The notes under the pieces: generated by a model
Databases searched by the model: none
Told to the model about the DNA's origin: nothing
Seen by the model: the letters and a program-made list of their open reading frames with translations, nothing else
NCBI RefSeq assembly: GCF_004010195.1
Contig: NC_057711.1
Span: 74,287,383 to 74,329,738 of the forward strand
Reading direction: 5' to 3'
Source: Chiloscyllium plagiosum
Taxonomy: Eukaryota
DNA length: 42,356 nucleotides
Program-made: the position numbers and the translations under genes
In this document: positions 24,306 through 34,794 of the stretch, piece by piece
Numbering within the stretch: the first letter of the stretch is position 1
Layout: each line of letters starts with the position of its first letter

Positions 24306-25004
24306 TGTGACAAGAAGAGAAAACAGTTATGCTCCTGAAGAAAATTCATTTGCAACAGTCGTCTTTGAGTTGGGATAAGCATTTCTGGCATCACGCTTTC
24401 ATTTGGGAAGCTTAACTTGTCCGATCCTGTATAGGCCCTGAGTGTGGAAAAAACTTATTAGTTTTTTTCTGGGCAAATGACACTGGGGTAGATGAAAACC
24501 AATGAGTAATTCCTCTTATTGCTAGTAGACCCGCAGCTTTTTTGGTTATTAGGAGCCTAATTTCCCTGAGGCACGACAGACTAAAACCTTTCAAAAGTTG
24601 ATGGATTTTGTTAAAGAATATTACGATCCCAAGCCACCTGTATTTCTGAGATGCTATCTGCTTTATTCAGCAGTTCAAGAACCAGGGGAATCCATATCGG
24701 GATTTTTGATGAGGTTAAAATGGTTGGCAGAGTCATATGACTTTAGTTTAACCTTAAAGGAGATGCTGAGCGACTGGTTGGTATGTGGCATTAATGATGT
24801 AACCATGCAAAAGCGCCTACTTGCTGAAGCCAACTGGACTTCAGACAGGCACTACAACTAGCTTTGTCATTGGAAAATGAGGCAAGTGGAGCATTTGAGT
24901 AACAAAGTATCTGACTGGAAGTGAACACTCTCACCTGTTCGACTAAGCTTGGAGAACACTGTCAAAGAGGCCAAGTGACAAATACAGGTGCCTTGAGCTG
25001 GTGT

Positions 25005-25095
25005 ATTCCTGATGAGGGGCTTTTGCCCGAAACGTTGATTTTCCTGCTCCTCGGATGCTGTCTGACCTGTTGTGTTTTTCCAGCACCACTCTACT
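25005..25095 (+). mobile_element. PLE family B terminus with near-intact hammerhead motif, inserted in Gypsy pol
   Basis: CTGATGA (25009-25015), G, GGGC-TTTT-GCCC, GAAAC, GTT (to 25036); downstream sequence matches 40-100. Confidence 0.85.
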
Positions 25096-25832
25096 TTTGA
25101 CACCATTGGTGGTGCCTCCCTGGGAAGAGTGTGTTCTGGTTTTAAATCTTCTGGACACCTTTCCTTTCACCACTGACAATATCCAACTATGGTCACCAAA
25201 AGATGGCATCCTGGCAAAACTAAAACAGGTGGTGATGATGGGGGAAACAAAAGGGCCATCACAATAGAATTGAAACCTTTCTGGACCTGATGAGACTAGA
25301 TCACTGTAGAAGATGGCATATTATTATGGGGAGCAAGAGTGAGTATCCTGTGTAAAGATCGCTGCCAGATATTGGCTGCACTCAATCAGGATCATCCAGA
25401 GTTTCCAAATTAAGATGTTGGCAAGAAGTAATGTCTGGTGGCAAGGATTGGATGCCAACATGGCCACATTGCTGGGGCAGTGCCCGTAGTGCCTACAAGA
25501 GCAAAAATTACAACCAGCAGCTCCTCCACCTTTGTGGGAATGGCCAATGAACTTGGTTACATGTCAACTATGTCTGTCCTTTCATGGACTCAATGTTCTT
25601 AGTTGTAGTGGATGCCAATTCAAAGAGACTGGATATGCATAGAGTTCATTCGGCAAACTCAGGGATGATGATGATTGAAAAGCTTCAAGAATCATTTGGA
25701 ATACACAGACTCCCAGAAGTATTGGTCATGGACAATGGGATGTCATCTACCAGCTGGGAATTCGAATATTTCCAGAAGTCAAATGGCATTCAGCATGTTC
25801 GGACAGCTCCATAGTATCCATTGTCCAATGGT

Positions 25833-26158
25833 TTTAGATTTTAGATTACATTAGATTACATTACAGTGTGGAAACAGGCCCTTCGGCCCAACAAGTCCAC
25901 ACCAACCCGCCGAAGCGTAACCCACCCATACCCCTACATTTACCCCTTACCTAACACTACGGGCAATTTAACATGGCCAATTCACCTGACCTGTACATCT
26001 TTGGACTGTGGGAGGAAACCGGAGCACCCGGAGGAAACCCACGCAGACACAGGGAGAACGTGCAAACTCCACACAGTCAGTCGCCTGAGGCGGGAATTGA
26101 ACCCGGGTCTCTGATGCTGTGAGGCAGCAGTGCTAACCACTGTGCCACCCTGCCACCC
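25833..26158 (-). mobile_element. HE1-type V-SINE, full length
   Basis: Minus-strand tRNA-like head with A box TGGCACAGTGG and B box GGTTCAATTCC, V-domain (TTTGCACGTTCTCCC..GTGGGTTTCCTCCGGGTGCTCCGG), tail shared with the CR1 3' end, (TAATG/TAATC)n terminus. Confidence 0.93.
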
Positions 26159-26766
26159 AGTCTGACAGAAAACACAGTCCAAATATTGAAGGCAGGTTTA
26201 AGGAAATAACCTACAGCTTAGCTTGAGACCAAACTGTCATGGTTCCTATTTGATTATCGGACTACCCATTATGCAATTACTGGGATAGCTCCTGCAGAGT
26301 TTCTGATAAGAAGAAGACTCCGCACTAGGTTAACTCACCACTTGAGTTAACTAAATTAAAGTAAGAAATGAAAAAAAACTGGACTTAAAGAGAGAAAGAA
26401 AAATGAAAGGTAATAATATCTGCTGAGATCATAACATCTGGAATTGATTACTTTAGCTTTAGAGCTTTTGGAAAGCCCAGTGTACTGTCAAAATAATGAT
26501 GATGGTCTAATAATCAACAGGGATTAATTAACTTGCTGGTGTGGTCAGGTGAACCATGACCTCCAGGATTGTTAAAGAAATATTGACCTCTTTTACAAAC
26601 ATGGATAAAAACTTAAAATGTGGAAACCAGGTTTAAACCTAACCAGACTTTGCAATTTGCAAACTGTAGAGCTGGGACAGACAGTATTCATGCAGCCAGG
26701 GCTTGGACAATCAACTTCCTGTCAAAACCAGACAGACCTGCCACTGCCGGGCCAACTGCTAATTTA

Positions 26767-27030
26767 TTTTTTAAATTCATTCATGGGATGAGGCCGTCAC
26801 TGGCTAGGCAGCATTTATTGTTAATCCCTAATTGCCCAGAGGACAGTTAAGAGTCAACCATATTCATGTGAGTCCAGAGTCACACGTAGGCCAACCACGA
26901 AAGGATGGCAGTTTCTTTCCCTAAAGTACATTAATGAATCAGATGGGATTTTACAACAATTGGCAATGGTTTCATCATTAGACTCTTAATTCCAGGTTTT
27001 TTAAAAGTTGAACTTGCCATGGTAGAATTT
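26767..27030 (-). mobile_element. SINE body and tail (head lost at PLE junction), tail shared with an unclassified LINE
   Basis: 26767-26837 aligns with LINE 3' ends at 41297-41367 and (inverted) 33858-33936; the rest is non-coding. Confidence 0.65.
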
Positions 27031-27960
27031 GAGTTGAAAAATGTCGTGCTGGAAAAAAACAGCAGGCCAGGTAGCATCCGAGGAGCAGGAGAATCGACGT
27101 TTNNNNNNNNNNNNNNNNNNNNNNNNNNNNNNNNNNNNNNNNNNNNNNNNNNNNNNNNNNNNNNNNNNNNNNNNNNNNNNNNNNNNNNNNNNNNNNNNNN
27201 NNNNNNNNNNNNNNNNNNNNNNNNNNNNNNNNNNNNNNNNNNNNNNNNNNNNNNNNNNNNNNNNNNNNNNNNNNNNNNNNNNNNNNNNNNNNNNNNNNNN
27301 NNNNNNNNNNNNNNNNNNNNNNNNNNNNNNNNNNNNNNNNNNNNNNNNNNNNNNNNNNNNNNNNNNNNNNNNNNNNNNNNNNNNNNNNNNNNNNNNNNNN
27401 NNNNNNNNNNNNNNNNNNNNNNNNNNNNNNNNNNNNNNNNNNNNNNNNNNNNNNNNNNNNNNNNNNNNNNNNNNNNNNNNNNNNNNNNNNNNNCACTTCT
27501 TGCAGTTGCAGGGGAAGGTGCCAGGAGTGGAGTTTGGGTTAGTGGGGGGTGTGGACCTGACGAGGGAGTCGCGGAGGGAGTGGTCTCTCCGGAACACTGA
27601 TAGGGGTGGGGAGGGAAATATATCCCTGGTGGTAGGGTCTGTTTGGAGGTGGTGGAAATGACGGAGGATGATACGATGTATCCGGAGATTGGTGGGGTGG
27701 AAGGTGAGGGCCAGTGGGGTTCTGTCCTGGTGGTGATTGGAGGGGCGGGGTTCAAGGGCAGAGGTGCGGGAAGTGGAGGAGATGTGGTGGAGAGCATCAT
27801 CAACCACGTAGGAGGGGAAATTGCGATCTTTGAAGAAAGAGGCCATTTGGGTTGTTCGGTAGTGGAATTGGTCCTCCTGGGAGCAAATGCGGTGGAGGCG
27901 AAGGAATTGGGAATATGGGATGACATTTTTACAGGGGGCAGGGTGGGAGGAGGTGTAGTC
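27031..27960 (-). mobile_element. Penelope-like retroelement, 5'-truncated (RT C-terminus + Cys linker; GIY-YIG presumably in gap)
   Basis: Open frame 27960-27494: DYTSSHPAPCKNVIPYSQFLRLHRICSQEDQF...FRRDHSLRDSLVRS...GTFPCNCKK. After the gap comes AAACGTCGA and the family B terminus. Confidence 0.9.
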
Positions 27961-28913
27961 TATATAGCCTCCTCCTCACGTTCAACTGGCAGCAAGCTGC
28001 TCAGCATCTCCAGCTCCATGTACCATCATCAGACGGACTCGACCCAGATAGACCACCTCTGTGAGATGGCCCGAAAACCAGAACCAGGCCTAGACAGGGG
28101 AAAAGCCCGATTCAACTGCAGATCCTGAAATATCAGCCAACCCTTAAAGACCAGGGAACAGCCTTTCTCTATCTTATTGAATGGGTAGTACCAGTCCTTT
28201 CAGATAAACTGTTCAAATACAATGAAGCAGCAACCTGCGGATGGGGTGTAATGAATCCTCAGAAGCACATATCAGAAGTAGAAGCTAGTGTAGATTTCAG
28301 ATTGTTTGCTTAGAGATTTAAGATTGTTCACTGAAGAGTCCTGTGAAGAGCTTGATAGAACTAAAGAGCAATAGTAGGATCTGATGAATATTGCTTTTCT
28401 TTGACAATGTTCAACAAGGTTGTGTTTGACCTCCCCCAACTTTCATCCTTTTTGTCTATCTCTCCACAGAACATGCCTGAATTGATTGATTTAAAACAGT
28501 AAAATAATTAATAAACTATGAAATAAACATTACAGCAAAGCAACTGATTTCTGTGCGCACAGCCTGAAGACCCACACAAGTCCAACTGCCAATTTGCTGA
28601 TTTGTTGTGACCTTGTGCTGATGACTTTGCCTGGAGGAGTTGTTATTTTGTACTCTCATCAGTGAGGTTGGTATTGATTCCTGTTTCTTCTTAGGATCTT
28701 GTAACAGAACTTGGAAATGTTTGGGAAACTGGAACAGGTCTGATTTTTCCTTGATTCCATCTCACTGTTGAGCCATTATCTGTGTGGATCTCACAGAAAC
28801 TTGGTTCTGAATGCATTGTTGTCTTATTGGCTGGTTGCTATCCACCTTCTGGAAAACTCAAACACAAATGTCACACTGGTAATGTTGGAAATACAATCCC
28901 TTCATTTTTATTT

Positions 28914-30168
28914 TAGAGTCATAGAGATGTACAACACGGAAACAGACCCTTCGGTCCAACGCATCCATGCCGACCAGATATCCTAAAACACTCTAGTCCC
29001 ACTCAAATCCTCCAACCCTGGCAACCTTAACATTAAGTGTACAAGTCCTGCTAAGATTTGCTTTCCCAAAGTGCAACACCTTACATTTATCTAAGTTAAT
29101 CTATCCATCTGCCACTTCTCAGCCCACTGGCCCATCTGATCAAGATCCCGTTGTAATCTGAGGTAACCTTCTTCGCTGTCCACTACACCTCCAATGTTGG
29201 TGTCATCTGCAAACTTACTAACTATACCTCTTATGCTCACATCCAAATCATTTATAAAAATGATGAAAACTAGTGGATCCAGCACCGATCCTTGTGGTTC
29301 TCCACTGGTCACAGGCCTCCAGTCTGAAAAACAGCCCTCTACCACCACCCTCTGTCTTCTACCTTTGAGCCAGTTCTGAATCCAAATGGTTAGTTCTCCC
29401 TGTATTCCATGAGATCTAACCTTGCTAACCAGTCTCATTACATTACATTACATTACAGCGTGGAAACAGGCCCTTCGGCCCAACAAGTCCACACCGACCC
29501 GTCGAAGCGCAACCCACCCATACCCCTACATTTACCCCTTACCTAACNNNNNNNNNNNNNNNNNNNNNNNNNNNNNNNNNNNNNNNNNNNNNNNNNNNNN
29601 NAAACTCAATCAAGTTTGTGAGACATGATTTCCCACGCACAAAGCCATGTTGACTATCCCTAATCAGTCCTTGCCTTTCCAAATACATGTACATCCTGTC
29701 CCTCAGGATTCCCTCCAACAACTTGCCCACCACTGAGGTCAGGCTCACAGTTCTATAGTTCCCTGGCTTGCCCTTACCACCTTTCTTAAGCAATGGTACC
29801 ATGTTAGCCAACCTCCAGTCTTCCGGCACCTCATCTGTAACTATTGATGATACAAATATCTCAGTAAGAGGCCCAGCAATCATTTCCCTAGCTTCCAACA
29901 GAGTTCTAGGGTACACCTGATCAGGTCCTGGGGATTTATCCACTTTTATGCGTTTCAAGACATCCAGCACTACTTCCTCTGTAATATGGACATTTTTCAA
30001 GAAGTCACTATCTATTTCCCTACATTCTATATTTTCCACGTCCTTTTCCACAGTAAACACTGATGCAAAATACTCATTTACTGTCTTCTGCATCTTTTGC
30101 AGCTCCATACAAAGGCCGCCTTGCTGATCTTTGAGGGGCGCTATTCTCTCCCTAGTTACCCTTTTGTG
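28914..30168 (-). mobile_element. HER1-type CR1 LINE fragment with internal deletions
   Basis: VDKSPGPDQVYPR, GNYRTVSLTSVVGKLLE, PQGSVLDPL, SKFADDT; 3' tail at 28914. Confidence 0.95.
29436..29547 (-). mobile_element. HE1-type SINE 3' part nested in CR1, cut by gap
   Basis: Nearly identical to 25848-25954; (CATTA)n tail. Confidence 0.9.
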
Positions 30169-31640
30169 TTTTTACCCTTTTGTGCACAGTGATTATCATT
30201 TTTTAGTTTTACCAGCTCCTCTTGAATTTCAAAAACAGTAGTTGGGTATGTATTAGTAAGTTGGAACACACTGATCTGCCAAACAGGTTCTCCATTGCTG
30301 ATGGAAAAATTAGCTCCAGAGATGTTACTCTCAAATATAACAGAGCAATGTGTGGATCTTGCTTGTTCTGTCCACCTTTGAGGATCAGATTTTTATCTAT
30401 ACAAATCATGTGTTCAGCTCGACCATTGAATCTGGGGTAATGTGAAAAAAAAAGTAGTGATCAATACTTAAAAAGTAGTGATCTCTCACATCTTGGAATA
30501 TATTACTGATAAATAATGGATCATTGTCTATAATGTTCTCTCCAAGGTCATTAAATAAATTAAGTATGAAGCTTGCAGTGTGAGTAATAGGTGCACTTTA
30601 CATATTGTAAGATTGATGATTTAATAGGGTGTTTGGTAAAGTAGTCAACAATGATAATGCAGTCATTTCCATGCACATGGAAAAGATTGACTATGCCTCT
30701 TGAACCAAGAATGGTGTATACCATGCAGTATCAATGGATATTTGATTTGGGATATGCTCTTGTCATTCCTTACAATTCTTTACATGGATTTTGACATCAC
30801 TGCTGCTATCCAGCTTAAACTGTAACTATTCTGCAAGCCACCTTGTCTGATCTAACCCTACCTATTTGTGAAGAAATTGTTGGATCATACCAGGTTTCAA
30901 AGATTCAAGTGTTATGACCTTTTTGCCTTTAAATATGACTCTACAGCAGTCACCAAGCTCACCCTGAAAGAGTGAAAATGGACTCAAGAACAAGAACAAG
31001 CTAAACCAAACAGAACATCCTTCAATAACATTTTTCCTTGGTTTCTGTTGGTGTAAACATTTGCTGCTTCTTCTTCCAGCTGCTGGCATTTGCATTGTGT
31101 GAAATGTATTAGTCCAATTTGGAGAACCTCTTCAAGTTCGATGTTAATGAAGTCAAACTTGCAGATCCAAGGACATATTTTCAGTTTTAACCCTGTTTGA
31201 GAAGCCTCCTGTGTGTATCTGATACAAACATCAGCTACTTGGCTTGTACCTAATCTCAGAGCCAGGAGTTGGCTTTTTATCCACAGACAGTGCAATCTTG
31301 GCACTTCACATGTCAATGTATTTTGCCAAATCTCCTCTTGTGATAGTTATGCTTCAAAAAGCTTTTGCTGAATAGACAGGCATGAAAATGTATGACTCAA
31401 TAAACTGATGTTTCCCACTTAGTGTTTAGTATTTTGGAAGTAAATGCAATTGATTGACCAGTAACCTTTTATGGCATCTATTTTTAAGAAGAGCTTTTGC
31501 ATCTGCAAATCTTGAATTCTTCTAAAGCGGCTATTTTGCAAAGGTAGTGTTTCCAAACTGCATTTAAGCTTTGTATAAGCATTGTTTCAAAGAACCACCC
31601 TTCTTTACGATACATTAATGAGCTGAACCAATCTACACAT

Positions 31641-31698
31641 TTGACGGGCCAAAGCGCCTTTTCTTGTGCTGTAGACCTCTCTATCTCTATGACTCTAT
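31641..31698 (+). mobile_element. CR1 extreme 3' tail (~58 bp)
   Basis: GGGCCAAAGCGCC..GTGCTGTA..CTCTATGACTCTAT interrupts the Gypsy RT frame. Confidence 0.7.
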
Positions 31699-33089
31699 AT
31701 TCCTGTGCTCTTTTAATGATTCCATCTCAATCCAATTTGCCGAGCATGATCCTCAAATTATCTTTGAAGTGGACAGTAATGCGACGAGTCAATGGATGGC
31801 CTTGTATTCCTGACTCAGAGTTCGAGACATTTTGAATGGTTCCAAACTCTGACTAGCTGAAAACTGGAAAATTGGGCCATTGCATCCCAGTTATCAATAA
31901 GACAAAATATTGCAACCAAGGCAGTAAACTTGCTGCATGTTTACACTACTCTATGCATTCCCATGTAGATTTAACAGAGTGGTAATGAATTATTCTGTGT
32001 GATTTAAACATATGCATTTGGTAAATGTTGTGATATAAAGGGCACATCCTTGGTAACACTACCTGGTCAAATATTTCAAAACTTGTTTTACCACAATATG
32101 AATCGCTGATAAAATTTTATTACTGTCAGTTGTCAAACAACAATATGGTTGAATTAATCTTTTAGTGTCTAAATAACCTCCAATGTAATACAATAGATTA
32201 ACTCTGTTGACGTTTCATGGCATGAAGCAAACTGATGATTCCTTCCAATGCCACTGCTTAATCCAATAAGTGCAAAGACCAAACTTATATTGTGTACCCT
32301 CCATGTTCTTAGAACAAGTCCACGAGTCAACATTTCTTTTTCAGGGGAAGTCATGTTGGTTTATGGTTCCAGTGTTGGTGAGCAGACTAGGAAAATATTT
32401 TCTATCCCTGATGCTAGGTATGATTGACATTTTCTAAAATAATGTCCTGATGTATGCCAAATTTACATATTTTATTTCATGATATCAAATCAAATACCTT
32501 TGTCACTCAGCTTCATGCAAAAATCAACAATTGCTGAACTTAACCTGTGGTGAATCATTCCCAATTAACAGTGTCCTCATTTACATGTTTTACTCGTATG
32601 AGGAACATATTGTTCCTTGAATTGCACAGACTACGTCGAAGTTGCTCTCGACTTAGTTAATGCTTGTTTGGTTGATTAAAGAAAGAACCAGGTTAGAAAA
32701 GCTGGTTGGGAGGGGAACAAGGCAAATTTTGTGAGAATGTTTTGTTGCCAGGTTTCCACTCCCTTTGTGTATTCAGTTGGTATTATAGAAGAAGCTGACT
32801 GATTTAAAGAAAACAGAAAGTGAGGACATAAATATACAAGAAGTAATGAGCACAAGACATGATGGAAATGCTTTCTTCAAGAAGATGTTCTGCGCTGACA
32901 GAAATGTTAACAAGAATATAAAATATTCAACAATGAAAGTAGCACAATTATGGAATTTACTTTCCAAATACTATTGATGGAAAAGTGATATATTGAAGGA
33001 AACAGTTTCCTAAGTCTAAATCTACATATCTTAAACTGTTCTAATTATTAAAGGCAAAATTCACACACATGGTCAAAGCAGGGAATAGG

Positions 33090-33936
33090 TGGTAGACATC
33101 AATATCCTGTCGAGTGCCACTGACCAGAAACTGAGCTAGCTATATAAATACTGTGGTTAGAAGCTGGAAGTTCTGTGGTGAACAGTTGACACCATTGAAC
33201 AAAGAGCAGCTCACTTGTTTCGCAACCTATCTATCACTCCAATCATTCACTCTCTCCACCACTGAGCAGAATAGCAGACTGCATGCCATGTAGCCACATT
33301 GTAATAACTCGAAGAGTGTGGTGCTGGAAAAGCACAGCCGGTCAGGCAGCATGTGAGGAACAGGAGAGTCAATGATTCGGGCTTAAGCTCTTCATCAGGA
33401 ATGAGGCTGGTGCCAGGTTGCCAGAAGCCTCATTCCTGATGTACAGCTAATGCCTAATATGTCGACTCTCCTGCTCCTCAGATGCTGCCTGACCGGCTGT
33501 GCTTTTCCAGCACCACACTCTTCGACTCTGATCTCCAGCGTCTGCAATCCTCACTTTCTTCGCACTGCAATAACTCACCAAGGCCTCTTTGACAGCAATT
33601 GTCAAACTTGATACTTTTATTACCTAGAGAAACAAGAGCAGTAAATATCTGGAAATATTATGACCTGCAAGTTCTCCTCCAGGTTCATAGACTATTCTGA
33701 CTTGGAACTATATTGCTATTCATTCACTTTTGCTGGGTCAAAACTCAGGAACAACTTCCTGACTAGTACAGTCAAGTGTATACCTAACCCAAACCTCTTG
33801 CCCCCATTCCCCACCCCCACCCCACCTGCTATTTACAGTGATTCTGTCCCTTTCTAAGGGTCAATTGGATATGTGTGATAAATGCCAGTCTAGCCAGCAA
33901 CATCTATATCTGGTGAAAGATTGAATTAAAAAAAAA
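33090..33936 (+). mobile_element. Old unclassified LINE 3' region (host of PLE hairpin)
   Basis: Inverted homolog of 41297-41790 (e.g. ACCTGCAAGTTCTCC, CTGACTTGGAA); A-rich end. Confidence 0.65.
33309..33560 (+). mobile_element. Foldback PLE family B element, two inactivated hammerheads
   Basis: 100-bp arms 33309-33408 and 33426-33525, 17-nt spacer, tail 33526-33560. TSD 33295-33310 / 33561-33576 (13/16). Confidence 0.9.
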
Positions 33937-34794
33937 CACTCTGTGAGTCTGCAAACAATTGCATCCTATTTAGGAGGAACTCCACTAGGTATGTTATCTG
34001 TGAATATTTGAGTTGTATGGTGTTCATCATCATTATTATTGTTAGAACAATCACAAAAATGCAGCAAGTCTAATTTGTACTTCATTCTGGAAGATGATGA
34101 CATAGTTAGGAGTAGGGGGTGGGATTGTGCAGAATTTAGGGTAAAACCTTGATCCATTGTATAGTAGATCTAACTGAGGGTGCAAGTGTTTCTGTTCATA
34201 TTCTAGAAGCAGCTTAAAATATGCTTTGTGTATATTGAGAATCCCAACATCAAAAAGGGTTAGTGAAAATCCTTTGATTAAGAATGGGATTAACACCATT
34301 CCTGAATTTAAAGTAGGTAACAGAAATTGCAGGTTTAATGAAGAAATGAAGGCTCCTAAGTCTTCTTTTGTTCTGGTATTTTAATAGTTTATATCAGCAT
34401 GCTTATACATATTGTACATAAATGAATAATATTCATGTCATGGCAATGTAAAACACTTAAAAAATTAAAACTGTTTATCCATTCATAGGGATATTCTTTC
34501 AAATTCACATTGCAGTGAGCTTTGCATCTCAAAAGTACATGAAATAAATCTACTCATGTAGAATTTGAATAATGTCCAATCACTGTCTTCATACAGCATG
34601 CAAAACTATCTGATTGGTCAGACACAATGAAGAATACCAAATGACTAAGTTTCAACTGTCCATTTGAAGCAGGCTCCTGTACAGAATCCTGTTCTGGTCA
34701 TATGAATATTGAAACACTGAATAGCCAGCATTTTCTATAAATAATAATGGGATCTTTCTGCCTTAGGATGGCTTTGCACTAAGCAAAATTCACT

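Larger units (their letters stand above)
24390..26334 (+). pseudogene. Gypsy/Ty3 gag + integrase remnant, protease/RT deleted
   Basis: Gag: VQEPGESISGFLMRLKWLAESYDF..EMLSDWLVCGIND. Integrase: FLVVVDANSK..FGIHRLPEVLVMDNG..GIQHVRTAP..SNG and FLFDYRTTHYAITGIAPAEFL. Stops and frameshifts present. Confidence 0.9.
28700..32400 (-). pseudogene. Ancient Gypsy/Ty3 pol remnant (RT start, RNase H end, integrase), split by CR1
   Basis: Manual translation: RRITVHFKDNL..DGIIKR..DWFSSL; KLFLKIDAIKGYWSI (31496-31452); IRYKP..MFVSDT; VIFKGKKVITLESLK; IIIVDYFTKHP (30658-30626); QDPHIALLYLRVT..PSAMENLFGR; and beyond the CR1, EPSFCEIHTDNGSTVRWN. Outer limits approximate. Confidence 0.78.

Noticed and set aside
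26085..26158. tRNA-like A/B boxes
   Set aside because: Head of an HE1 SINE, not a tRNA gene.
26931..28128. Several overlapping long ORFs, including Pro-rich and Gly-rich ones
   Set aside because: Alternative or antisense frames of the PLE ORF plus N read-through.
29548..29601. Apparent SINE-CR1 fusion across a short gap
   Set aside because: The 54-N gap is smaller than the missing SINE head plus CR1 sequence; likely gap mis-sizing.
32210..32330. Minus-strand DSWT..YWIKQW resembling an hAT transposase motif
   Set aside because: Weak match; it lies just upstream of Gypsy RT, and another frame gives GRNHQFASC, more consistent with a decayed gag knuckle.
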